Part shown: positions 39,441 through 51,691 of the stretch, in pieces
Layout: each line of letters opens with the position of its first letter
Position numbering within the stretch: the first letter of the stretch is position 1
Assembly: GCA_000934665.2 (NCBI GenBank)
Contig: KZ538670.1
Span: 1 to 63,592 of the forward strand
Source: Catajapyx aquilonaris
Lineage: Eukaryota
Length of the DNA: 63,592 nt
Direction of reading: 5' to 3'
Made by a program: the position numbers and the translations under genes
The notes under the pieces: model-generated
What the model saw: only the letters and a program-made list of their open reading frames with translations
Databases searched by the model: none
What the model was told of the DNA's origin: nothing

Positions 39441-40372
39441 TATTTACTAACATTTTGAGACGTGACTCCAGGAGACATTGAATCAGACACTTGGCGCATA
39501 CCAAATTAATACCCGTAACTGCATGTAAACAACTGGAATTGCTTGACCTCCAACATGGCACCTCCTTGTCTCGCCTGCTCAAGGTGGTGGAGGTCCACCT
39601 AGAAGGTGACGTAAGTGGCGCACAAAATGGCGGCAGGGCGGCCATGATGATGTGCCAGGAGAAGGTCCCACCTGTGACTCACATCCACGAATAATTGCGG
39701 TCCGATTAGTGCGTAAACATATTTATTGAAGTACATCAGACCCAACAATAGAGGTCATCCGGAGTGGATAGTTGGCATTTTGAGTCATTTTTTGATCTGT
39801 GATACCCAACCCTGGGGACCTCGAAGACGAGGACCTTGTGCGCCCCCCTCCTTCACCCACCTTCCCACCCTCTACTCCTCCTAAGGCTGCCCCTGCCTAA
39901 CTGCGCACTTTGCAATGGTTGTAGGTTACTAATAGACGTAGGAGAGGTCATCTTTTGGGGACCATGCAGGTCCCGCTCAGTTAAGTGACATTTCTTTGGT
40001 GAATAATGTGAACATGGTGGTAATAAAAGCGATCTTGTGAAAGCATGGAAAATTTGCGAGCATGGCTGTGTCGTGACGGGAATGTGCGCTATGTTGGAAT
40101 TTTTGCGACTGCACGTTGTTGGCTGCTTACTGATTCGCAGAATTTGCGATACGTGCGCGATGTCCGAAATGCGAAGATTAGCGTGGCATGTTGTTTTTTT
40201 GGGGGGGGAGGATCAAGATACATTTTTTGTCGTCATATCACGTCTTGTATGTTGAACTGCGATGTGGTGGATGACTCGTGACGGAAAAATGCATATGTGG
40301 CAAGTCCAGAAGGTGTCATAACTCATAAGGTCGATTGCTGGTCGAACGGATTTTTGAGGAATCCGTACCGTG

Positions 40373-40451
40373 TGTACTATATCGCTCAAAAAGATTTGAG
40401 ACGATTTTGCATTGCAAAATCGTCTCAAATCTTTTTGAGCGATATAGTACA
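40373..40451. repeat. Perfect palindrome (39-bp arms, 1-nt loop)
   Basis: tgtactatatcgctcaaaaagatttgagacgattttgca, then t, then the exact reverse complement. Confidence 0.97.
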
Positions 40452-43400
40452 TGCTGGTATTATCGGTAAATTGCGCATTTTGGTAGTTTAATGCAAGCAA
40501 TTACCGATTCAGCCTGTGGGGCAGCAACCATCAGATTTAACGAGTGCTGAAATTACCTAGGGAGTTTTCGACGGACTACACGGTATAATGGACCAACATC
40601 ATTCGATCAAAACCTTATGCATTATTCTTGTCCATGGAGGAATGGTGGTTAGTTGCTGAGAGCATCTAATAGCATGAACCTGGTTGTCCAAATTACAACA
40701 AGGTGTCAGGGGCGGAATGTCATGAAATACTCTAGTTATTGCTACGAAGACAAAAATTTGTCATTTTAAAATGATTTCCTTGACATCATGGTCGTCAGTG
40801 GTTTTGTACACGTCTATAGAGGCCCCAAATGTGTGAAATAACTAAGTAGCGGAAACAATAGGCGCATTAGCATTTGCTATCTCGGAAGTACGAGCTTTTG
40901 ACGTGCGTAAAACTAGTGAACCAAGCGGATGATATGCCACCGAGCCATGAAGTAATGGCGTGAGCAGTAGTTTCTCAATATCTTATCAAGTTAAATTTGG
41001 AATTTAGTACGGTCGCTCAAGAATTAACAATCTATGACAGGGGAATGCTCGGATATTATTCATGTCAACATTTGTAAATGGACCATCGATAAGTCGTACT
41101 ACTAACTCGTAAGTTCGGGTTTGAAGGAGTTGTTTTGGTCAATAGATATCGGCATAGTTTGTTGGGAGAAAATATACCGATCTAGCTTGAATTCGCACCA
41201 TATGAAACTTGAAACTGAATTGTTGTGGAACTCTTCGTCTGACATGTTCACCGTGTCACATACCACTGACGCAAGTTTGGACTATTGATGGCATGCCGTG
41301 AATTCCACAGTTGATCCCAATAAGGCCAGGATAAGCACACCAGCCTTAATTTGTCAGTATGTCACGATACATTGCTATTAGGAGTCGTATCAGGTCGGAT
41401 GCGAATGTAAGACAGTTGATGCGTGGTATTTGTGTAGATTGGTGCCTGTTTGTCCCATAGGAATCCTACGCCGGGCGCCTGTAATCTGCAAAGAGCGTGA
41501 TATTTATTTACTTTTATTTACGGTATTGCACTATCAAGTACTACTCGTTGTGCTTGCATCGGGGGCAAGGTTCAAGAATGTCTCCTTATCAGGCCATCCC
41601 AAAGCATCCGTGTATTTAAACAAGGTGACTTATCGTCCTTTAAAATAAAAAAAAGGCTGTGGCACGCGGATCAACACTTCAGAATTGATTGGCAGCCGCC
41701 GGCATGTCTCATGGTCGCCATTTTCAACCGGTAGTAATTAGCATTCATTTTTGAAATATACGAAATGACAAACCCCACCCTGCGCCCATGACTGCCAAGA
41801 AAACGGCAAGGTCTGTGACCCGTGGTCCGCTTGCAGGTTTATTGACAGAAAACGGCTGTTTACCCGCTGAAAGGGCCTCTCCATGCGGTAGCCCCTGGGG
41901 GCAAAGTCCGAGGCTGTTACTTCAGGTAACTATGAGAAAAATCGGGCCAGATTCCCAATATTGGCACATGAACGGTCGAAACGCGTGTCGAAAGCGGAGG
42001 CAACGCAGCTGGCCAACGGGCCAATCAGCAACGCAATTCCCAGCGTCCCGCCATTGCGTCGACATTTGGCGTACTGATTACTCTTTGGCCATATTAACCC
42101 TGCCTGAATTGGTTTTTTAATCGTCCATGACGTTTTCACGTATCAACATTGGCACCAGTCCCATTGAGGAACACATGACTACTGCTAAACAAACATGTTT
42201 GTTCGGATTCATAAAAAATAGCTATGGTGTTCACAGGAAACACATCCGTGGTCGGTAGGGAAGGTGACCACGAGGTGGCCTCATGCGCTTCTGCGCGGTT
42301 TCAGACGTACCGACCGCGCAGACTGTGACCTGCTGGTTCCGGGATACGTACACGACCTACTCACTGCATGCCCCACTTCTTGACTTCTAGTTTGACGTAA
42401 AGTAAAATATGGCTAAAATGATGACCTCCCTCCCGCCCACCCCTTCTGAAACCCCTACTTCCTGATAGCATGGAACACCTGTGACCTTTTTAACCCTGAC
42501 AGCTATTACGCGTCGGTTGCCTAACACCGGTAGGGGAAGGGGTCATAAGGGCGATTTCCGGCTCAACAGCAGTTGCAATGCCTGGAGGCCCTCATGGCCA
42601 TACAAAGCCCGCAGACCTTACCGGTGACCAATGCGGACCCAGGAGTTTTCTGGGCGCGGAAACGCGACCTATTTTGAGCGTGACGTAACAATCCAGATAG
42701 TCTATTAAGGGGTTAAGCAGTAAAAGACCAGGAGGGTGTGGTGAAAGGTTTGTTTTGATGCTGACCCAGGGAGTCAAAATAGGCGATAAGTCCCGGCCAG
42801 CGGGTCCCGTGCTGATGGACCTTCAGGAGGTCAAGTCAACAACAGGAAGTGGGAGGGACCCTTGACCTGCCGTACTTCCGTCAAGGATCAAACTGGCCCA
42901 AATCCTCCGACATGATTTTTTTTTTCTTCTTCTTTTTACCTGGGACACAAGCATGCTGAGCTCTAATTTTACCGTCTGGTCTATTTGGAGGTTGACATTT
43001 TGCGCACTTTTTTCTGCACGGGACGGCGCACCATGGCGATTGTTGTTGACCTCCCAGATTTTGGCCGCCACATTGGCCCATTTGAGTGTCTGCGCCAATT
43101 CCGCGACCAGGGCAAACTGGATGAAGAATTGAAGTAGGGAGGGGTGACCTCCTGACAATCCTTCCGGAGCCCGTATCATCTGGGGTCCAAACTCCGCAAC
43201 CTCCTATCGGCACGCGTGTGTCATGAAATTTTCATCCAAGTAGACTGAAGGTGGTTTCAGGGTCGAAGATCATCGGGTGCCTACGTAGTGTGCCCTTAGA
43301 AGTAGGAGAGAGACGACCGTCGAAAACTGAAACAAAACAAAAAAAAATCGTCTTCTTCAGCCTTCAGACACAATGAACGATGTGCAGGTACTTGAGTACG

Positions 43401-44079
43401 GTAGTTCTCATCCAAAGAAGCACTTTTATTCATACAATTATTCAATTGACATGTACGAAAGTTTAGGAGTAAGCTGTTATTTTCATCAAAAAAAATTTAC
43501 ATACATTATAGATAATCGTTGATATTACACATGCTGTAGGCATTGCAGGTCATTCTGACTGAATTGTTTGTAGTAGTTAGCAAAATATGACTGCGCTACT
43601 GTTGTTATTGACTTAATTTTGAGGGTAAATATTAACCTCTAATATTAGGATGAATGGAAGCATTCTTGTTGACGAGGGATGGGATGGCCTCTACAAAGGA
43701 TCATTCCATGATCTGAACTGACAACTCCCAATGTCCAAGCTGGACATTTTGAGTCACAGCTGAACAGGACGATTCTGTCCCATCTAATGTAACAGTGAAT
43801 GTTTTGCCTAGGTCCTAAAGGTAATTGAAAACAGTGCATTGCGACACCCTGTATTTCCACTACAACATTACAGTGAATATTTCTATGAGCTCAGCAGTGA
43901 GACATCGACCATCTGCACTTTCCCACCATAAGTGTGTCTGGCCGGAATGATCGCATATGTCAGTGGGGGATACTTTGCCTGCAGCCATTATGAAACTATC
44001 TAGTATACCAACGATTCTTTCTCACGAAAATGTATAAACTGCCAGATTGAACACAAATACGAAGGACACATTTCTGCTC

Positions 44080-44500
44080 TCGTGGATGAAGTGGGGAGCA
44101 ACTTCATCTGCCATACGGTATACCGTCATAAAAGTCCACATTAGATGCATCATTGAAGCATAACTGACTCGTATTGGTCTAATTTTCTTATATTAGTGTA
44201 CTCTTTACGATGTAGCCTAAGCTGCGCAGCAGCACACGTTCCATCACCTCTATTGGGAAAGGCATTCCTACAAAGGTCTTTCAGGTGGAAAATGTCATCT
44301 CTTGAACCTAATTCATAAAAATGGTGTACATTTTATGCTTCACGCCATTGCATTGTCTCCCAATTTACTGTCACTAGCGATTAACATAGAACCCTGTCTT
44401 ATTATACAGCAGAATGATGTTCACCCCCAGATCTTTGATATCTCAGTCCATCCTTTCCTCCTCCTGTACCACACAGAAAGCCTTTCAGACGAGGATCATT
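44080..44500 (-). mobile_element. Possible highly degenerate Tc1/mariner transposase remnant
   Basis: Minus-strand patches resemble IWG, PFF and DGAPPHF-type (GATGAAGTTGCTCCCCACTTC) motifs in the expected order. A mariner-like end caccctgta lies at about 43845-43853. No intact ORF. Confidence 0.3.
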
Positions 44501-47500
44501 TTGAAACTGAATGACTCAATCACACGTTGAAGTCCAGCAGGTTAAGCAAAATAATGATTGATGCAGAATAAAGTTTTGAGATTATATATAAAAAATGAAG
44601 TTAAGAATGCAAATATCGAAGGATCATATGCAATAAGTAGAAACGTTATTATGTACATTCGATGGGAAAGTTTACTCCAAATTTATTACCTTGCACTTCT
44701 CATGGGTCATGTATAGTTTCTCCCTGAATGCTTCTCCACATTTCCCTGCTAACTCTTTCAGGTTCGTAAGTACAGTCGCGAGCTAAGAAATAAAAGGGCA
44801 GGCCAATGAGTTCAGGGTAAAACCTGTAATTTCTCAGTTCCAAACCTATTGTACGGTCAGGTACGTCAAGATTACGTCCGATGTTGTGTATTCACGTTGG
44901 AGCAGACATCACCGGTTTTACACTGAACTGGTCGGAACGTCTGCCCATGGTACGTCCACATCTTGCTCTGGACTGGACATGCGAACAAAAAGAAGGGCAG
45001 TAAAAATGTTCGAATAATTAGAGACAATCGAAGCAGAATGTCTAAAAGTCACCAGGGCGAATAAGGGCACGGTTCAGTGGTTCCATGGATTTGGAGCCAT
45101 TGTTATTTCTTGTGTGTAGTGTGCTTTAGCGCATCAGGGACGAGTAATAACTTGATCCCTTGGGCTCTGACTCATTTTGGTTGATTAGGACAATTGCGGA
45201 CCATTGTCAAATTGTGGTTTTGTTGCATTAGCCTGAAGGGGGAAGCAGTCCTCTTATTGGCCTCTTATTTGGGGGATCCGGTAGCTGGACCCTTCAACCC
45301 TCCCCATATGTGTACCCAGAGAACCCTAGAGGTGAGAAATCTGGAACTTTCAGTTTAAAGGTTGCACCGCGTTATGATGAGAATAGGGATGTAGTTCTTG
45401 AAGGAAACGTATCGTTGCGGTGACTCAGGATGATAATGGGCTTTCCTGTTGACATCCATTGTTTAACCCTCTGAGCTGTCTCCATCGGAGCAGGGCAGAA
45501 ATTATTAACAAAATAAACCGGTCAATACAAGTGTCGTTCACATTGTGTTGGTTTTGTGGTGTTTCTCTTACATTAGTTGAATCTGAGTCAGGAGTAGTAA
45601 CTTGTATTATTGGGTGTTTAAAAAAACTGTTGGAAAATTGAAGTAAAATTACTCAATATCATTGGACATGAGTGTCGAGTACAAGACCGATTTTACATTT
45701 TCCAGTGAAAAGTTGCGGTGTTCGTCGAACGCATCTTCACTACCTGGGATTAAACTACGACTGTGGGGTTAGCAAACTGATTCAGTGGTTGGTGTAACCA
45801 GCCATGAATCACGTAAACTTATATGTATTGGTGAAACACTCCTAAGACTATAAGTGCGTATACACTAGACGTCGACGTGTAGGCGCGATTCGGCCATAGT
45901 GGGCGGAAGTGATGCTGAGTCGTGCCGATGCCATTGTGACCGCGTTTCCAGCGCGTCTGACCCTCTAGTGTAACTGCACGTGATGCTTATGCGGACTACG
46001 CTCGTGCTCAGTATTGTCTCGGAATCTAGGCGCCTGCAGGAGCTAATTATAGCTGGGGGGGGGGGGGGNNNNNNNNNNNNNNNGGGGGGGGGGGGGTAAC
46101 GAAGTAGTGTAGTAGATCTAGACATAAACGCAAACTCAAGGATGCCTTACTTATATTTTGAAATGGTGTAACTGCTGCATATTATAGCATTATAGCGCAT
46201 ATGTTATGGATGAACCGAATGGATTTAAATGTCTACTAGATAAAGTATTTTTCGTCATATGAAGGATATCGTGGGAGAGATTCAATAATTATTTGATATG
46301 CCAGTGACTTTCAGGTGTGTAAACGTTACAGAAGGGTTTGAGGATGTCAGTCAGTCATAACGGAATTTCTGTAGGCTACTAAATTTGAGATTCATTGACC
46401 ATCTAATGACGCGTGCACTGAATATTGGACGTGTGGTTTTTTTCAAGCCACGCCCATATTGTGGATGTGTCCTACAATGTCGCGTTTTGTCAAGAACTTG
46501 AAATATTTTTCTATTAGAATAAGAGGGAAGTCTCAGACAACATATATGCATCAACTTCTGCAGCACAATGGCAGAGGGCAAATGTAAGTCACCTTGCATC
46601 GATACCCGTCACGGACAGAATCCTAATAGATAGCAATGCCATTCTCCTCGATCACAGCGATCCGCATGCTGATATTCAACTGTTGATACCGGTTGATACA
46701 CATACACATGAAGACAGGTCAGAGTGGAATTGATCGTAACGTAACGCATACATCGTGGACAATGCTCATTAAGAAGTGCCCATTCAATACGCTGGCTTTG
46801 GTGTAATTATTTTTTTTGGGAGTCAAGATGTGATTCTTTACTAGTAGATCATAGAATGTCTGGCAGTGGTACGGAGGTTATTGAACTTTCAGTACGTTTC
46901 CTTTGTCCCGTTGCCGGATTGGCTGACTCGTAGCCATGAGCCAGTGGAGGCCGCCATTTCTGGTCCGTTTCTAACGTATTAATCGGATTTGCCTGGATGA
47001 TCCTTAGTTGTATGCAAAAAAAAAAAAAAAAGGCAACACCGATGCCGTTGAGCAAGTCCCGTTTCCTTGCAGTCTTCCTTGATCCAACATTTTCCCTCGT
47101 TAGTATCGCAATAAGAACGCGGATGACTAGACACGATATGGACAGCCTGATGACGACGCGAGCAATCAAACGGAAAGACCTCTCCATACATGCACTTGAT
47201 AAAAGGCAGGAGTCATAAAGCACGTCACCACTCGCACGCACTAACGCCTACACCGTAAATCATCTGAGCAGCCTCCGCTCTATAATTGGGCAAGCACGTG
47301 AATCGCTCACGCATTTTCTCCTCCTGGTATGGCCAATATGGTGGCCATATCTGAGATATGTGGCAGAGGCAGGTGAAAATGAGCGATTCTCCATCCATAA
47401 TACCGTTGAGGGCCTGTATGGCAAGCCGGAAGAGGCGGATTTTGATGGAGTGTGTGCTGGCCCGTAAGTGGCGCCCTCGTTTAATGCCCATGAGGGCCGT

Positions 47501-50500
47501 AACGAAGAGGAATTTGAGTGTAAACCGAGAGGGTTGGTGGCAATGACCTGGCGGAGATGGCGGCCGATTGGTTGTTTGGGAGACGATACAGCCATTCAGT
47601 CGCCATTACCCCGAGCACGGTTGACCCCGTCGGGTCAAAGGCTAATTGAGACGTGGAACGAGTAGTTTTCCCTTTCACGTGACGTAAGGAGATAACCTCA
47701 AGAATTCGGTAGGCCTAATAAATCAGAGCTCCTTCCTCCCCCCCCCTCTTTGCGGTCAGGGGCGTAGCTCCCAGGCACTGATTATTTATAGGGAAGTTTC
47801 CCAGCGTCTATTTCAGGCGAACAATGATAATAGCTAGGAGGCCCACGTGCCTGTAGATATATGCTGCCATTGTTGGTGGTTGGACAATAGGCACTGCGTG
47901 GGAGGTGCTGACCAACAGGTGACCCGTCGCACCTCCCGGCTCAAACGTATGTAAACAGTGTTTGTGGTGCACGTACACGTATAGGCCCTATATAGGTAGT
48001 AAGTGTTGCATGTGAGAGGCAGTTGTGGGCTGCCCCAAGGGCTTGGAATTAGGCAGGAATGCAGCCAGGCGAGAATAATACGCTGACTGCCTCGCGCATC
48101 TCGCCCCGTGTAATGAGGAAGGGGTGGAGGGGTGTACTGGGCATATGGGGTGGTGGAGGATCTGGGGGTGCAATGGAATCCCGTGGGGAATGTCGCTCCG
48201 GGTTTGGAGAAGGATGAGGGAAGAAGAAGGTAAAAAAATAGTGGGAGAGAACCACGTGGGAGGAGGTCTTTAAAAAAAAGAAAAAAAATCGGGAGGGGAC
48301 CCGGGTGTCTTTTCATTCCCATGAATGGAGAGGGTGTCAAAATTCGCTTTCGGTTTGCTGAGGTGAGGGAGAGATGACGTGTGTCGGGGCCGGCCCTTGG
48401 CGTCATAAGGGGCGAGGATGAATGACGTGATCGGAGAGGGGGGGGGGGGGATTGTGTCCGTTTTTAGATGCGGAATTTTTACAGGCTGCCGCCAATCTCT
48501 GGTTACGTACGATGAACTTGACGCAGTTTCGCATTGTTATAGATTGACCTTTACATGTGGCGAGATGTGAAGTGTATAGGGGAGTGCTGGGGAGTTGCTG
48601 CTGAGCCAGGTAATACTCAACAAGTGTGCTGGAATGTCCACACCAAAAATTGTCTGGGGATTAGGACGTCAGATAGCCAACTTTGAGGATTCCGAGTATG
48701 GTGCGTAGAAGGCGGCATACCATGACCAAGAAGGGGCTAAATAACAAGCCAAGTAACCAGTGCATGCCAGACATTTCGCTCAAAAAACAACAAAGAATGG
48801 GCCTTAGATAATGAAGCAGATATTTGACGTATTCACTGCAGGGGTAATATCCTGCACTTTTCAGATGTAATTAGGTTGATGTGCATGGAATTTATATGAA
48901 GAAGTTGTCACAGTAGGCTACTTTGTCGGGGCTGTACATGTGGTCGTTTGTTTCCTTTGGTTGTTAACCATTTCGGTCACATCTCACGCCTCCCATGCAC
49001 CATTTGCGAAGAACATTGGCTTCGCTAGACTTGAAATGGCTCGAAAATTGCCCATAGCTGTATCAACTTCGTTTTACTTAGTTTCTTTTGCACCCGTATT
49101 ATCTAAAATGGATATGCTGATACATTGTTTTTCAAAGTGACAACTGGAAGCGTTTCTCTCTAGCCTAAATGAGCTGAAAGAATTTCAGATTTTTTCCGCT
49201 TATGTAAGTGGAAGGATATCACATTTTTCACACTCCACCGCTTATTTTTGTACCTGAATTGCCCATCCGGCACATAATTATGCTTAATCGGTTTGGTACC
49301 CAGCATTGTGTGTGTTGATGCAAAGTTTTAACTGCCACTTCTACTTAAATAAGCAGAAAAATGTCATTTTTTCCCCCTTACGAAGAGCCTGTTACATGAT
49401 TGAAGATAAATCCGTAACAAGTGATAAGTCGTATGAATAACATGAATCAACCACTTGTTCCGATGGTAAATCCATAACTAGTGTTTGACCCACGTTACTC
49501 TCATAGGACTAATCACTTGTGAGCTATGGCGCTGATGCAACCTGTCATAAACGGAAAATTGCTGATTGCGCAGGCGTAGAAGAGGTTATATCTGTGGTTA
49601 TGTCGTGTATGATGGCAGTTTCATTCGGATATGCAGGTACTAATGTTGATGAACGATTCCAGGTAGACAAGTGGTAACTAATGGCATTATTCAGCCATGG
49701 CCAGGCGTAGTCGGCCTATATGAAGAGGTGACCTCATTGGGTTCAGGCCCCTTATTCTCATAGGAATATTAGGAAACTTCAGTATTTATGCAGCCGGTAC
49801 CACTTTAAATAATTTGTTGAGTTTTCGACGCCGCCTTATGCTAATTATAACATCGGCACCGCACAAATCCATACGGTAACTCAAGTTTATAGAGGATTCT
49901 GTAAATCGACGTTACTACTTTCATCCTAACTTGGCAGAGCAACCCGCGAGACTGATGAGTGCAACGGAAGCCGAACTTCTAGGATACTGATGGAGGATTG
50001 AGCGTACTTCGAGAGAAACCTGTTCAGTACGGATTTTTGCGCAACGGAGCGATTCCGTTGTAGACAGGTTTCATTTCGACTCCAGCTTTGCAGAAGCTAG
50101 TGTCGGACAGTGACTCCTGGCAGCAGGCAGCTGCTATTGGGTCATATGCGGTCATGTGCAAACGGAGTCTGCCCCGTTTCCGGTGGCGGTATCTCCAGAG
50201 CTACTGCCCGTGTTCATCCGGCACATTGGCGGATAGTGGCGCAATACGTGGCTGCAATGCATCGACGACTAATCGGCATCGTTATTCCCGTGCAGGTAAC
50301 GCGAAAAATGGGACGTGAGACAAGGGGGCAATGGCAGCGCCGTCTGGCGACCTTGAGGCCGAACTAGGTTGAGGCGATCCGCACGGTTGTCTGCGAACCT
50401 CATACGAAAAGGGGGGCGGTTAGCAACACCCTGCGCATTGTTGCCGCATGAATAATGCAGGGCGTGTTGGGCCGGCTCATTCATGTCCTGGCCAAGGCTA

Positions 50501-51599
50501 CTCGAGTTCTCTTCCGGCTGACCAGCTGATTTGTAGGGTCAGGTCGCAGGTCGGTGGTATTGCAGGTGGCGTCACTGTCGACGGCTAGCTATTTTGGACG
50601 TGATAGGGTGGGGGGAGGGGGCGAATATTTGCACTCCCACCCGCCTTCCAGGTGGCTGGGGTATTTCTGGCCGCGCCTTGTTGTTTGGCTGGGCCAACTC
50701 TGGCTGCGCCCTTGGGTGGCCCGACGGTGGTAAAATTGGGCCGGCGGGGTCGAAAATAGGCGGGGGCATGGTTGGCCTCGGCTATTTCTGACGTCACTCT
50801 TTTGCTGCACCAGACCAACGTTGTTGCTGGCGCCACGGTACAGCCTGGCCAAATTATCACCTGCTGACTCACAGCCGGCTGTAAAAGGCCAGCTGTCACC
50901 CCCTCCGTGTTACATCCACCGTGTAAACACCTTGCCGGGCTCGACACCTACAGTGGCCGTGGCCGTGTTCCGGACCCGGCACGTGGGACGGACAGCGCAG
51001 TCGTACCGTGTCGTTGATCACCCCCTAGCCAAGGCCGTGGTGGGTGGATAGGTAGGTACCGGGTAGGTAGATAGATAGGTCGGTAGGTAGGAAGAGGGAC
51101 ATAATTGTACCGATGTGTGGGGGTTGGCTAGGTTGGGGTGGTGTGTGGTGGGGGGGCTCACACATGCAGAACCAGATCCATGCGCTTGCTGAAGAGGAAA
51201 GCAAGGACGCCAGAGGAGGAGGAGGTAGAGGTATACGCAGTCTGTCTAACGGGACCGCCGCCAGTGTTGCCGGTTTCCTTGCTAGACGGCCCCCTTTCCG
51301 CCATTGTGGGAATGAGGTTAGTCGGACCGGTGTCGAGGCAGTCAGTGCTTCCAATTATGACATCCATATGTGGAATGGGGGTACGAACAGTGGCGCCAAG
51401 AGGCACACCAGCGGGTATGCTTGGGGTAGGGTGCAGATTCTATCAAGTATGAATTGTGCATTGAGTACTAAGCATGCTTTCTCAACCTTGATCTTCCTTG
51501 AGCCGCGACGGCGGGGAATGCTGCGATTAGACTTCGGCTGGGCTGGCAGGAGCACGTGGTACCTGCGTTCAGATGGCGCTCAGGCCCGGCCGGAAGGTA

Positions 51600-51691
51600 C
51601 AGTCGCGAACATAAAGATGTGGACGGTATACCAGATTTAATAAGAGCTCTTCACATCTGGTCTACCGTCCACATCTTGATGCTCGCGACTG
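51600..51691. mobile_element. Small palindromic MITE (CAGTCGCGA termini, TA TSD)
   Basis: gTA|cagtcgcgaacataaagatgtggacggtataccagat ... atctggtctaccgtccacatcttgatgctcgcgactg|TAc. Confidence 0.8.

Noticed and set aside
42490..42716. piggyBac-like TTAACCC...GGGTTAA ends
   Set aside because: The inverted match does not extend beyond 7 bp.
50269..50484. Ankyrin/SOCS-box-like fragments (ALHYSC, LPLPPCL..YL)
   Set aside because: Only a few residues match and the spacing is wrong.
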